Below are positions 29,310-40,181 of a stretch of 64,000 bases of DNA, one piece after another (positions within the stretch are counted from its first letter, which is position 1; every line of letters starts with the position of its first letter). Below the pieces are notes generated by a model. The model was given only the letters and a program-made list of their open reading frames with translations. It was not told the origin of the DNA and searched no databases. The stretch is from an uncultured virus (IMG/VR IMGVR_UViG_3300033075_001711) (taxonomy: Duplodnaviria > Heunggongvirae > Uroviricota > Caudoviricetes), in IMG/VR virus record IMGVR_UViG_3300033075_001711; one strand, written 5' to 3'. The position numbers and the translations under genes are program-made.

Positions 29310-29493
29310 GTTCTAATCTCCAATCTAACTAGATCTATAGTATTTTTTCAGGAGAAAGTCAAGAGGAAAGGGAATCTATTTTTTTATCTGGGCTCCAGTA
29401 CAGGTGGAAGATATTGTTTAAAGTTTTGATAATTTTCAATAATCCATTTCTCGGGTTTAACCCAACCGTTTTTATTTTCTTTTTAAAAAAGAG

Positions 29494-29730
29494 TTATACT
29501 TTTTTAGGTTTAGGTTTGCAAAGTTCCATCATTTGTTTTAGGTCTTCATTTCCATATTGAGAGTCATATAGGAAAGCTAGAGCGTAGTAAACCCCTCCTC
29601 CCCCTTGCGCGGCTTCTGGTCTTTTGAATATCTCCTCAAATAAGTCAATGGATCTAAGATACTCTTGTTTTTTAGTGGTGCTTCCTATTGCTGCAAAACC
29701 TGTACACTCTATTGGAATTTGCTTTTTCAT
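29494..29730 (-). CDS. hypothetical protein
   Basis: GAGG RBS, own promoter. Confidence 0.7.
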   Translation of the reverse strand: MKKQIPIECTGFAAIGSTTKKQEYLRSIDLFEEIFKRPEAAQGGGGVYYALAFLYDSQYGNEDLKQMMELCKPKPKKV

Positions 29731-29825
29731 TTCAACCTCACTCTCTACAAAGATCTATAGTATCTAAAAGGGGTCTTGGTAAGGGGTTATTTAAGGGGTA
29801 GATAAATATTTTATATTGGGGTGTT

Positions 29826-29912
29826 TTGGCAAACTTTTTGCCTGAACGCCCACGGACATGGGGCTTCCCGCCCCGTTTGTCAAGGGCTGAAAGGGGTTAA
29901 AAATACCCCTTT
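29826..29912. repeat. module-boundary element 4
   Basis: TGGCA-N6-TTGC, core 29850-29861, inverted TTGACA 29878-29883, terminator. Confidence 0.9.
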
Positions 29913-30313
29913 CAGGTAGTAGCTTTGACTTTAATTTTGGATCCAGGATTCCCATCCCATTCAAAATAAAGCCCTAATTCTTTACAAATCTCCACAATTC
30001 TTTTTCCAACATCTTCAATATTGTCTATTGTGGAAATAGTTGTGGGCGTATGGTTTTCACCATAATGTGTTATATGTCCATAAGACAGATAACAAAACCC
30101 TGTTCTTTTCATACCATCTGTATTTTGTTTATGATAGAAAACATATCCTTTGTATGGTTTATTTTGTTTATATTTTTCAAAAGCCATTTCTGTCAATTCA
30201 TATGACGCACAAGAATTGCAACATGAGAAATTTTGTTTTGCTAAAAAGTTTTCCTTTCTCAATTTCTTAAACAATTCATTGAAAGCTGGAAGTTTTGATT
30301 TATTTGAATTCAT
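29912..30313 (-). CDS. conserved hypothetical protein (DUF6891-like)
   Basis: F..L...A.QNFSCC.SC, GYVFYH.Q, YLSYG, GL..EWDG...I.V pattern. Confidence 0.6.
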   Translation of the reverse strand: MNSNKSKLPAFNELFKKLRKENFLAKQNFSCCNSCASYELTEMAFEKYKQNKPYKGYVFYHKQNTDGMKRTGFCYLSYGHITHYGENHTPTTISTIDNIEDVGKRIVEICKELGLYFEWDGNPGSKIKVKATT

Positions 30314-30329
30314 AGTCTAGTCTCCTTTT

Positions 30330-31334
30330 TTAAAATGGATACCTAAAAACTCTTTTGTTTTTGGTATTGAATATTGTGAGTTTGAAATCATTTCCAAAAC
30401 TCACTTCCCGCATTAGTTTCAACATAGCATCCCAAACAGATTCTGTTTTGTTTAGTGTGAAATAAAACTCCAATTTATTTGGAACATGTTCAATTTTAGA
30501 GGAACGAACAATTTCATTTTGAAAGAATGCAATATGGTCTAGAATGCGGGCTTGAATTTTATAGTTTTCATCTGTGTCATTTGTATTTGGCCTTTCATTT
30601 TGAATCAATTCAAATCTGAACATTTTATCTCCTTACCAGGTTTCAAAAATTTCATTTGCAGGATATTGGAGCCAACAATTAACTGTCAGAAATTGATGTC
30701 CATGATTGTTTTCTGTATTCAGATTCATTTTGAAACTAAAATCTTCCGCCTCATTGTGATTAAGAAAAACTTTAACAGGTTGTTTTGTAGTCATGTTCAT
30801 TACAACATAAGACATTCGCTCAACAGGCATTCCCATTTTATTTATTCCTTTCTAGTTTTCAATTTCTTTCAAAAGACTCAAAAGAATTTTTTGGATATAT
30901 TTTGGAATCTGTGGATAATAATCTAGTAGATCTTCTTTCCAAATATTCCAGTTTTCATTTTTGCTGTTTGATACAAGTAAATATACATAAGGTTTTCCTG
31001 GCAATATGTTTGTTGCACCCTGAATGTGAGTGTATCTTTTCTTTGTAATTTCTGTAATAGTCCAGTTTTTATTTTCCCAGACTATTTGTTTTGATTCATC
31101 ATTCTCATACATGTTTTAATTTCTCCAAAAGATTTAAGGTTCTAATTCAAACTCCGGGCGCTCATATATTTCTGATAAAAGGTATTGAAGTTTTATAAAT
31201 TCTTCAATACCTTTTTTAATTTCTAAAAATTCGTTTTCGGTAATTTCTCTTAATGAACAAGTAATTTTTGGATTTATAACTAAATTAGCATGATAGTAAA
31301 AAATATCGTTATATGTAATTTGAATTACTCTCAT
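30330..31334 (-). other. four small hypothetical genes (30330-30623, 30633-30836, 30852-31112, 31134-31334)
   Basis: abutting ORFs with GGAG/AGGA RBSs. Confidence 0.7.
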
Positions 31335-31337
31335 ATG

Positions 31338-32696
31338 TTAGTTTCTCCCTGTATACAGATAGTTACAAATTTTAGAATACAATTGCTCAATTTTAAATGT
31401 ATGGTTTCGTGTGGCATCATCTCCAAAATTGTGAGCATATTCATGAATCAAAACAGAACACACTCCCATTTCAGATTCTGTATGAAACAAATTGCTCAGA
31501 GTTTTCCGCGCAACATAAATATCTCCGTTAGAAAACAATCCTCCCATATTTTCATCATTAAAATCCACAACATGAAATTCAAATTGCAGGCCCAAAACAT
31601 TCTTGACAATTTCAATTGACTTTCTGAAATTATCCTTTTCTGTGTCATTAAGGTCTTGAGCATTGTAAATTTTTGTCCAGGAATTTTTCTTTTCCTTTCT
31701 AAAGGTATCAATTGATCCACAAACAGGTTGAAGAACCGCAAGAAGAGAAGTAGGAACTACAACACCAATTTTGTTATCTGTTTGAAGCTCAAAACTTTCA
31801 GAAGTATTCGCAACAGGAATTGTATTTTCTCCATGTTGTTTCTTGAATTCAGTTACAATGATCTCTTGAATTTTGGGGAAATCACTATCATATCTGGAAG
31901 GAATAAACTCTTCTGTTTCAGATCCGTTATTGAAAAGATTTTGGAAAAGAGTTTTTTCAATTTTGGATCTATCTTTGAGGAATGCTTCTCTTTGAACCTT
32001 TCCAATTTCATATTTCAAGGTCCAATAATCTGGGAGTTTCCTTTCCATATCAGTATTAATAAAATTCAAATCATATCCATAAGAAAGATTTGCAACATCT
32101 CCAACATAAATACCTTTTGTGTAAATCTTTCCTTTCTGATTTTCATCAAGAAGCATGTTACCATAATAGGTTTGAATATGATTTTCAGGATAGTTCAGGA
32201 ACAGAAAACGGGGCTTTACTTTCTCCCATTGTGATACAGAAATAGGTGAAATGAAAACTTCAACACCATTAAAATCTATTTCCCTTCCAGCCCTCCGCTT
32301 TCTCACGTTTATTTTAGTGAGTTTTGCCATATTGAAATTAGGATCTTCAATAATTTCAGGACGCCATATTTCTGTATTAGTAAAGACTTCAACCTTAAAA
32401 TTTTTATCTGCCAACACACTTAAAGACGCGGGCAAACCAATACCAAACTTTCCAATTGTATCAATTCCCGTTTTAGTTGAAAATCCAGAAATCAGAGCAT
32501 CCTTTTCAAGTCTCGCAAATTCATTTGCCACTCGGAGAGTTTCCGTTTTTGGATCATGTTCAATGGAATATGAATTTTCGGATGTCCTGTGTTCATCTAT
32601 AGCGTTCTGAACAATTTCAGAAACACCATTCATCCACGTCCAATTGCGGAAAAGATTCGGAGAAATGGTCAACACAAACGATTCATTCCGGCTCAT
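31338..32696 (-). CDS. GHKL (HATPase_c) ATPase with C-terminal HExxH motif
   Basis: EIVQNAID, G.STK, IGKFGIG motifs; C-terminal LIHEYAH. Confidence 0.8.
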   Translation of the reverse strand: MSRNESFVLTISPNLFRNWTWMNGVSEIVQNAIDEHRTSENSYSIEHDPKTETLRVANEFARLEKDALISGFSTKTGIDTIGKFGIGLPASLSVLADKNFKVEVFTNTEIWRPEIIEDPNFNMAKLTKINVRKRRAGREIDFNGVEVFISPISVSQWEKVKPRFLFLNYPENHIQTYYGNMLLDENQKGKIYTKGIYVGDVANLSYGYDLNFINTDMERKLPDYWTLKYEIGKVQREAFLKDRSKIEKTLFQNLFNNGSETEEFIPSRYDSDFPKIQEIIVTEFKKQHGENTIPVANTSESFELQTDNKIGVVVPTSLLAVLQPVCGSIDTFRKEKKNSWTKIYNAQDLNDTEKDNFRKSIEIVKNVLGLQFEFHVVDFNDENMGGLFSNGDIYVARKTLSNLFHTESEMGVCSVLIHEYAHNFGDDATRNHTFKIEQLYSKICNYLYTGRN

Positions 32697-32830
32697 TTTC
32701 AAATCCCTCTTGTTTCTCAACCTTCAAACCTTACCTTATTATTATAATACCTATTCTTGAGAAAACAAGGGGTATCAGAATTATTCATCAAATAACTTTA
32801 TTTTGGATAGGGGTGTTTGAAAGGAGGGGT

Positions 32831-32936
32831 TTGGCAAGCTTTTTGCCTAAATGCCCACCTCCGTGGGCAAAAGGTATATTACATATCTGTATTGTAGTAT
32901 ATACCCCTAAAAAAAGGGGTTAAATCAACCCCTTTT
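32831..32936. repeat. module-boundary element 5
   Basis: TGGCA-N6-TTGC, core CCACCTCCGTGG 32855-32866, AT spacer, terminator. Confidence 0.9.
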
Positions 32937-32949
32937 AAAACCCCTCTAT

Positions 32950-34630
32950 TTAAAGGATATAAACTTGTCTAGCTTTAATGGCTCTCAGAGCCCTTTCTAT
33001 TACAGCAAATCTCCAGTCTTGAAGAATTGCTTCCTTTAACTGTAATGGTAGAGTAGCTTCATGATAAATCCAATAAACAATTTCATGCAAGGTCCATCCG
33101 TCTTTATTTGGGCGCTTTAGAATTTCAGGTAGTTTATTTAGAAGCCAGGTTTTCGTTTCAGGTGATACGCCTAAAGGCCATCCCGCGCCATCAGTTTCAA
33201 CAAAAGCATTAAACATATTTATACCTCTTGTTTTGGAGTAACTACTGTAAGAGCATCTTCTGTGTACCCATTACAGATCTTATTCAACCATTGAATTTCC
33301 ATTTCCTTTTTTAGAAAAAACCAATTTGAGTGTCTATCAATCCTCATAACAACTCCAACCCCACTATCTTCAGAAACTCCAAGAAGTTTAGAGGGATGAA
33401 CTAAAGAAATACTATACAGGGGAGTTCCATCACAATCACGGGTATGTTGATAAACATATCCTTTTACTTTTGCATTATATCCCGCCCCGTTTTCATCCAA
33501 ATCTTCTAAATGAAATTCCACCATAGTATTAACAGGAATGTTGTGGGTTTTAGCCTTGTTATTTTCACGGATAGTTTTTCCATTCTCTTCAACAATATCA
33601 GCAACATTCATAATTCTCATTTATTTTTCTCCCAACAGACTATAGTTTTTGCCAAACTTATTCGCGGTGAAAGTAAACTCTTCAGAATCATATTTCTTGC
33701 TAATAAACCCGCTAACAGTTACTCCGTTTACTTTAACATTTCCAGGCAATGTAAAAAACGTGTCCGCTTCTCTAGTTACTTTGAAAGATCTCCTCTTGTT
33801 GTCAGAACACAATACATTCTTTACTCGGATGATTCTGGGGTAATATGGATTTTTATTGTAAACAAACTCCTGTTCATGCAAGTTCATTGCAATCCCACCC
33901 CCAAAGGTGAAGAGACTCAAAATCGTCCCTTATAATTTTAACTGTCCATCCAGAATTTAGATCGTTTATGTTTGTGGGAGAAAGGTTCAAAATGGAACAG
34001 GATTCCCAATTGTCTTGAATGTAAACGCCTTTTGATCCTTCTTTTTGAGGAGCCCCAACATTTTTATATTCTGAAAGATGATCATCAATCTTTTTTTGCC
34101 AAACTTTAGAAACTGGTTTGACAAGCAATCCACCTTGTCTATCCGTTGACAATTCAAGCTTCATTTTCTTCTCTCCAGTTTTCCAATTTTCCCAACAAAA
34201 GATCTATAATATCTAAAAGTAGACTTGTCAATAGGTTTTATTTTCAAGGATCAAAATCATCAGGTAGCCCAAAAGCTTTCAGCAAATTTTTCCTGAATTT
34301 TTCTGCTTTTGCTTTTTCTTCAATAGCAGGATCAACATATTTATTCACAAAGCCAAAATATTTTTCTAAATATTCAACATGCTCTTTTCTTCTACGCTCC
34401 AGACCCTCATTCCAAAATGATTGATTTCCTTTGAAATCAAATATAGGAACAATTTCATCCCAGGTATATGTACATAAAATTTCTTTTTCAGAAGGTCCGG
34501 TATAAATTGTTTTTCCGTCTCCAGCAAAAACACATCTTTCAGCATTATCATAACTAGAAAGTTTGTTGAGCCAATACAGAAGAGTTCCAACACACCTATT
34601 ATTCATTTTTAGATATTCATCGTAAGCCAT
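32950..34630 (-). other. small hypothetical genes (32950-33216, 33219-33620, 33621-33887, 33874-34164, 34244-34630)
   Basis: abutting ORFs; promoter at 34203-34231. Confidence 0.7.
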
Positions 34631-34644
34631 TACAATTTACTCCT

Positions 34645-34932
34645 TTATAGTAGTTGTGCTCTTTTCCAAGAATCTATGTAACTTATGAGTTCTTTTTTAC
34701 CAATACAATTATCCGAATGTATATGGTAATCAAAACTCAAAGGATAACCTAAATTATAAATAGTTTGTACGAAAATCATTGCGGTATCGCCGCCACCTAG
34801 ATCATGATCAAATAAAATAAATTCAGGAATTCCTTTTTCTAATACACATTGAATTGCTTCTTGTGAAGTTCTACATATAACATATCCAGGAACTTTTGGG
34901 TCCCTCAAATCATCCAAAAACATTTTATACAT
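34645..34932 (-). CDS. cyclic-phosphate-processing receiver-like (cREC) domain protein
   Basis: MFLDDLRDP, FDHDLG, IHSDN..G motifs. Confidence 0.75.
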   Translation of the reverse strand: MYKMFLDDLRDPKVPGYVICRTSQEAIQCVLEKGIPEFILFDHDLGGGDTAMIFVQTIYNLGYPLSFDYHIHSDNCIGKKELISYIDSWKRAQLL

Positions 34933-35373
34933 TTATTTGGTTTTCCTCAAAAAACAATTTTCCGTCAATTCTGAAAAGAATTATTTCTTTTGATTTAATA
35001 AAAATTTCTACTGTTCTCCAGATATTATTTACTTGAATTTCTCTTGTGAATTTTTTTCCTATCCTATGTTGTTCATGTTCAATCCAGTCTTTAGAGTTTT
35101 GAACCTGAGTAAACAATTTTGTGGATTTAAACCAATCATTAAGAAATTCAATTTTATTTAACATTTCTAACTACTCTCTTTTTATTGGTCTGGTAATTCA
35201 AAATTTTGTTCTTGCCTATTGTAGATTTTACTTAGTAAATTTTGATAGTCTATGAATTGTTCTCTAAAGTTTAATAGTTTATTATATTCCTCTTCTGAAA
35301 CATTTTTTTGATTGAAATCTGAATAGTTAAAATCATAAACTAAACGTGAATCTTTATATACAGATACAAACAT
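34925..35373 (-). other. two small hypothetical genes (34925-35164, 35182-35373)
   Basis: abutting ORFs. Confidence 0.65.
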
Positions 35374-35376
35374 TTT

Positions 35377-35766
35377 TTATTTTCCTTGTGTTGCACAGAT
35401 AGGTCCAAAGCCTAAAGTCACAGAGCTTTCAACGGTAAGTACTCTATTACAACGCATACAGTTTCTTGAAACATGAATTTTAAACCCTAATTTTATATAT
35501 TGTGAATTCTCCTTGAAAATGTCATTTAAAAGTTTAACATGTTTATTGAACATTAAATGGTCTTTATATTTTTTGAATACTTTAAATTCCTCTTGTTCTG
35601 TTAAAAGGGCAAATGAAGTATAATCTTGAGTGTTGTTTGGGCCTGTTAATAAACTAGCAAATCTAATAGTTACTTTTTCATCTTTTTTAAGATCCGGAGT
35701 TGAGATCCTAAAAGTTCTATGTTCCCCTGTAGTGGAGGTAATGGTATAAATTCCATTGTAAATCAT
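35377..35766 (-). CDS. DUF6011-like zinc-finger protein
   Basis: LLTGPNN..DY and C-terminal CMRCNRVLT..SS...GFGPIC. Confidence 0.7.
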   Translation of the reverse strand: MIYNGIYTITSTTGEHRTFRISTPDLKKDEKVTIRFASLLTGPNNTQDYTSFALLTEQEEFKVFKKYKDHLMFNKHVKLLNDIFKENSQYIKLGFKIHVSRNCMRCNRVLTVESSVTLGFGPICATQGK

Positions 35767-35851
35767 TTTTCAATTTCCTCTGATCTTACTAATAGTGCTA
35801 AAAAGGGGTTTTAGCAAGAGGGACTAGGGGTATAAAATATTTAAATCTAGC

Positions 35852-35953
35852 CCTTGACAAGCGGCTGGCGCAGCCATGTCCGTGGGCAAAGCATATATCA
35901 CATATCTATATTATCTGATATATCTCTAAAAGGAAAGGGGTCTAAGTGACCCC
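35852..35953. repeat. module-boundary element 6
   Basis: TTGACA(35854), core 35874-35885, AT spacer, terminator. Confidence 0.9.
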
Positions 35954-37339
35954 TACTACATATTCAAGAGCGGAGTGATAACATTCCCTAGGGGTTCCCC
36001 CTTGTAATCTTCGTTGAATACAATAGTTTTTTATCTGCTCTGGTGTTGCAATTGAAACCCATGTTGCCCCATTAAATTGCTCAATTTCAAACCTGTATTT
36101 ATGATTCATTTTCTCCAGCTTACCATTCAAAACACCCACATCAATTCTCAAATTGCTAATAGTATATCTTGAAGCCATTAAATTTATCCTTTATTTTTTT
36201 GAGTAAATCCATTACAGGAATCAATCCAGATTTGATCAAAATTAACTGGAAAAATTACCCAACCATTTCTTACTCCATGTGGGTTTGTTGTGATTTGAAA
36301 AGGCGGGCCTGTATATGTTTCAGTTTCATTTGTATTAATGCTATTTCCAAAAAAGATATTTAAAGCGCGCATCAAAGGATTGTTGCTAGTTTTTATTCCT
36401 GGATGAACACAACTAATGTGGGCGTCTCCAGGCACAGGTCTGGAGTATTTACAATCATGGCAATTCATCTATTCCTCACTTTCTACAAGATCTATAATAC
36501 TGTTTTATGTTTCTGTCAAGAGACTATTTATTCTTTTTTCTTCAGACTCATAAAAATTTTCATACCAGGAAAGGAACCTTTCAATTTGACGTTTTGTTTT
36601 CCAGAGTTGCTTTGTGTTAGGATTAAGTTTGATATGTTGATCGGAAGTCATATAGATTTTACCGTTTTTATTTATGAGTGGAAGTGTTCCATAAACATAT
36701 ATTTTATCTGTAAAAGAATAAATTGTAAAACAAATATTCTTTTTTGAATTAGGTTGTTTTAAAAGAATTGCATTTTCACAACAATTATATGGAAAACTTT
36801 TATCCAGATCAGTATAGTTTTGAAATAGGTTTGGATAGACATTAGAAAGTTTATTTAGAAACGCAACAATTTGTTTTTTCATTTATTTTAATATCCTTTG
36901 AAAAATAAAAAGCACTCCAACATATATTTTTAAGGAGAGACTAGTTTTTATATATGTTGGAGTGCTCTATGTTTATTTAGGATTGCTTTTCTTCTTTTCT
37001 CCTATCAATTTCGGCCTGCAAAATTTCAAGAGGAATTTCTTGAAGCTGTTGAAACATTTCTTGAAGATCCAGAATTTCTTGAACTGTCTTATCTTCTTTC
37101 AGAAGATAGAATGGATCTTCAACATCAATCCAAGAAATATCATTAAACAGTTCTTTTGGAATATCTTTTTGGTTTTGAACCTCAAAAATCTGGATATTAA
37201 AATAGTCAATGTTATTGATAATTATGTTCCGTGCTTTTTGTGCCATTATAGATCGGTTAGTGTTGGGAGGAACAATCATAAACGTATCTTGAGGAGCCTG
37301 GAATCGGATTAATTGAAACATTTTCGTCCTCACTTTCAT
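35942..37339 (-). other. small hypothetical genes (35942-36178, 36184-36468 Cys/His-rich, 36505-36882, 36977-37339)
   Basis: ORFs with RBSs; promoters near 36515 and 37372. Confidence 0.7.
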
Positions 37340-37387
37340 ACTTTAGTTATAATACTCAAAACTCTGTTTGTCAAGACTCTATTTTTT

Positions 37388-37954
37388 TTATTCTCCGCTA
37401 GAACTCCAAGCCAATTTCAATTCAGCACGGTACTTTTTATCAACATGATCCAACATTCCAGTTTCTTCTAATGTTTTTCCAAAAAACCCTCCACAAGAAT
37501 CAATATGTTCCCCCTCAGAAGTTTCAATACAATACCACCAAACATTCCCCTGAAGAAAATTGTCCATTGTTTTGATCTCTTGTTCCAGACATTCTTTTAC
37601 AAGAGAAAGAAGTTTTTTTGTTACTCGTTTATATTGAAAATTTTTTCTGATTTTTTCATATGTTGCATAGATAAAGCCACATTGTCCTGAATCAAACCTA
37701 TCTCCAAAATCTTTTGTGGAAAGCGCAAGCCCAGAGTGCTCATATAAATAAACAGGCAACAACACAATTTGATTTTTAGCTACTTCCCTGTTAATGTTTT
37801 CACTCAAATAGAGTTCATCAATATTAGAAACTCCATAGTGATAATTTTTATCTCCAAAATTATATCGCCTATGACAAAGAACAAATGTTCCTAAATTATT
37901 CCATTCTCGCGGAGAGGTAACATCGTCATCCTGTTCAATTTTGATTTTAACCAT
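37388..37954 (-). CDS. conserved hypothetical phage/MGE protein
   Basis: SPREW.NLG, HRRY..GD, LPVYLYEHSG, DSGQ.GFIY, DSCGGF.G pattern. Confidence 0.75.
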   Translation of the reverse strand: MVKIKIEQDDDVTSPREWNNLGTFVLCHRRYNFGDKNYHYGVSNIDELYLSENINREVAKNQIVLLPVYLYEHSGLALSTKDFGDRFDSGQCGFIYATYEKIRKNFQYKRVTKKLLSLVKECLEQEIKTMDNFLQGNVWWYCIETSEGEHIDSCGGFFGKTLEETGMLDHVDKKYRAELKLAWSSSGE

Positions 37955-38348
37955 TTTTATAGCCTTTCAAACACAATTGAAATAAGTTCTATACCTATAG
38001 CAATAAAATGAATTGCAAAATATGAGATTGTAAGCCAAGTTGCAAATGTAGTAAAATTCTTCATTTTTTAATACCTCACCAAACATTGTCGGGTTAGGAA
38101 AGGACAAAATGAGATTCTCTGAAATGTGGCTTCTGTTTCATTGAAAGGTCTTGATAGAATCCCCACCCCTCCTCCTAATCTTTTTTTGGCCCAAGATTTA
38201 CAAAGATCAAATGTGAGTTTGTCCATGTTTCGTGTTCTCACAAAACCTCTCATTTCAACCTCACTTTCATATTAGATCTATAACCCTTTAAAAATTAAAG
38301 CGCAAGGGGTATATAAAAAACTTTTTATAAAAATAGGGGTATCTCAAA

Positions 38349-38470
38349 TAGGCATAGATTTTGCCTAAATGCCCACCTCCGTGGTTTTCAACAACCCCTA
38401 TCTGTCTTATATGTGATATCTAAGATATCCTATTTGTGGTAAAAAGAAAGGGGTCATTTAAACCCCTTTT
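38349..38470. repeat. module-boundary element 7
   Basis: AGGCA-N6-TTGC, core 38373-38384, terminator. Confidence 0.85.
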
Positions 38471-38484
38471 ATTCAGGATATTTC

Positions 38485-39081
38485 CTAACTCTTAAGTCCC
38501 AGAAAATCCCTAATAAACTCATTAGGCCCATATCCTTCACGTCGGGCCTTTGCTACAGCCCTCGCCCATTCCGTGCTCTTCTTTGGCGCAAACTGTCTAG
38601 CAATTTGCCCTAGGACCATTTCTGACGGGATTTCCACACCATTCTCATAACACCATTGACTAAGAGTTTGGGAGGAATAGTCTGGATTGCTGGACGTTCC
38701 CCCTCCACGCACCTTTCGGGTCTTGATAGGATAATTTCCTGCAACCCTAGCATTTCCTAGGGCAAGAATAAATCTAAGCCCTGCTGGATGGAAAGGTCGG
38801 CGGTTCATCTCCTGAATAGTTGCCTGATTTGGAACAGGGTCCACACCCTGCCACCAATTAGACTTGTTCCAGGTATTATCCCGCGCCTCGGCCTCGGCCT
38901 CAAGCCGTTCTACTTCCTTTTGATCTAGAGTCTCTTCAGTCTCTGGATTTTCAGGAGTTTCCTGTCCTTCATTTTCGGTATCGTTCCCTTCAGATTCAGT
39001 TTCCTGATTGGTGTTGAGGGTGTTGTTAGTGTTCAGGTTTTCCGTGTTTAGAACAGCTCCATTACCATTCGTAAGATCCAT
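38485..39081 (-). CDS. hypothetical protein with acidic low-complexity N-terminus
   Basis: AAGGAG RBS; visibly more GC-rich than its neighbours. Confidence 0.85.
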   Translation of the reverse strand: MDLTNGNGAVLNTENLNTNNTLNTNQETESEGNDTENEGQETPENPETEETLDQKEVERLEAEAEARDNTWNKSNWWQGVDPVPNQATIQEMNRRPFHPAGLRFILALGNARVAGNYPIKTRKVRGGGTSSNPDYSSQTLSQWCYENGVEIPSEMVLGQIARQFAPKKSTEWARAVAKARREGYGPNEFIRDFLGLKS

Positions 39082-39124
39082 AATCGAACTCCTTTGTTCA
39101 ATAATGTGATGTTAAGAAACATAC

Positions 39125-39325
39125 TAACTATACTTTGTTTTCTGAGGAGAGGTTAGACTCTCAGCTCAAGCTCTGTTTAGAATCTACTGTTCTAGGAAAC
39201 TTACACATTGCTGTCGTTCCTTTCTTGCTTCTCAGCCGGGCCTATCGGCCCATGCTCCACAAGCTTAACTTTGGGCTGAACCCTCCCTAGATTAGCATTG
39301 CCTTTGAAGGCGTTGCTAAATTTTA
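39125..39325 (-). ncRNA. candidate structured leader / ncRNA
   Basis: GC-richer ORF-free stretch with hairpins, between the promoter at 39409-39437 and ORF 39081. Confidence 0.45.
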
Positions 39326-39446
39326 TAAATGAATATTTTAAATTTGGTTTTCATTCAAAACATTCATTTTAGGAATATACATAAAAATTGATTAATATTT
39401 AATACACCTATCTAACCTCTTTTTCTGAGTTTGTCAAGATCCTTTT

Positions 39447-39785
39447 TTAAGTTTTATTTATTTTTTTAAACCATGTTTCCAAGGCCGTGTTGAACTCTGA
39501 AATAAAATAATCTTTATCCCAACCATACAATCTTTTTTGTCTGGCGGATCCTTTGATAATCAAATTGAAATCAGACATGTCTGCTTCAAGTGTGAAAATC
39601 AAATCAAGATAACCATCATACATTCCAGACTCACTCATACAATGATAACTCATTGTACAGATATACTTTCCATTTTTTTGTTGGTAGACACTCCATTTGC
39701 AATCCCAACCGGAACCATGCAGATATTTATTGAGGAAATTTTCAAATGATTCTAGTAAAGAATTGTTCATGTTTATTGCTCCCAA
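39447..39785 (-). CDS. hypothetical protein
   Basis: HGSG.D..W...YHCM.E.G.YDG pattern. Confidence 0.7.
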   Translation of the reverse strand: MGAINMNNSLLESFENFLNKYLHGSGWDCKWSVYQQKNGKYICTMSYHCMSESGMYDGYLDLIFTLEADMSDFNLIIKGSARQKRLYGWDKDYFISEFNTALETWFKKINKT

Positions 39786-40181
39786 GGTTGATTTGAAAGA
39801 ATGAAATCATAATAATCTTTATGCGCCTCTATTTTCGCACATCTCAAAATAGAATGAATTTCTCTTGGATAGTCTTTAAATTGCTCCTGCAATTGGAGAG
39901 TTACTGTTACAGGATTCCCTGCATCAATAGAAATGACTCCTTTATCTTTATACATATACTCTGAAATCTCATATCCATATTCTCGCAGCCGCGTCTTGAA
40001 ATTTTCAATTTTCGTTTCAACCTCTCTTTCATACTAGATCTATAATACTGGAAAGAAAGTTTGTCAAGAGATATTTTTTTAGTTTGAGATCCTATGCGGT
40101 GAAGATTTTTGTCAAGGTCTTGTTTTTAGAAAATTTTGGTGTTACAACCTATATACTGAAAACAGAAAGAGGTGAATATAA

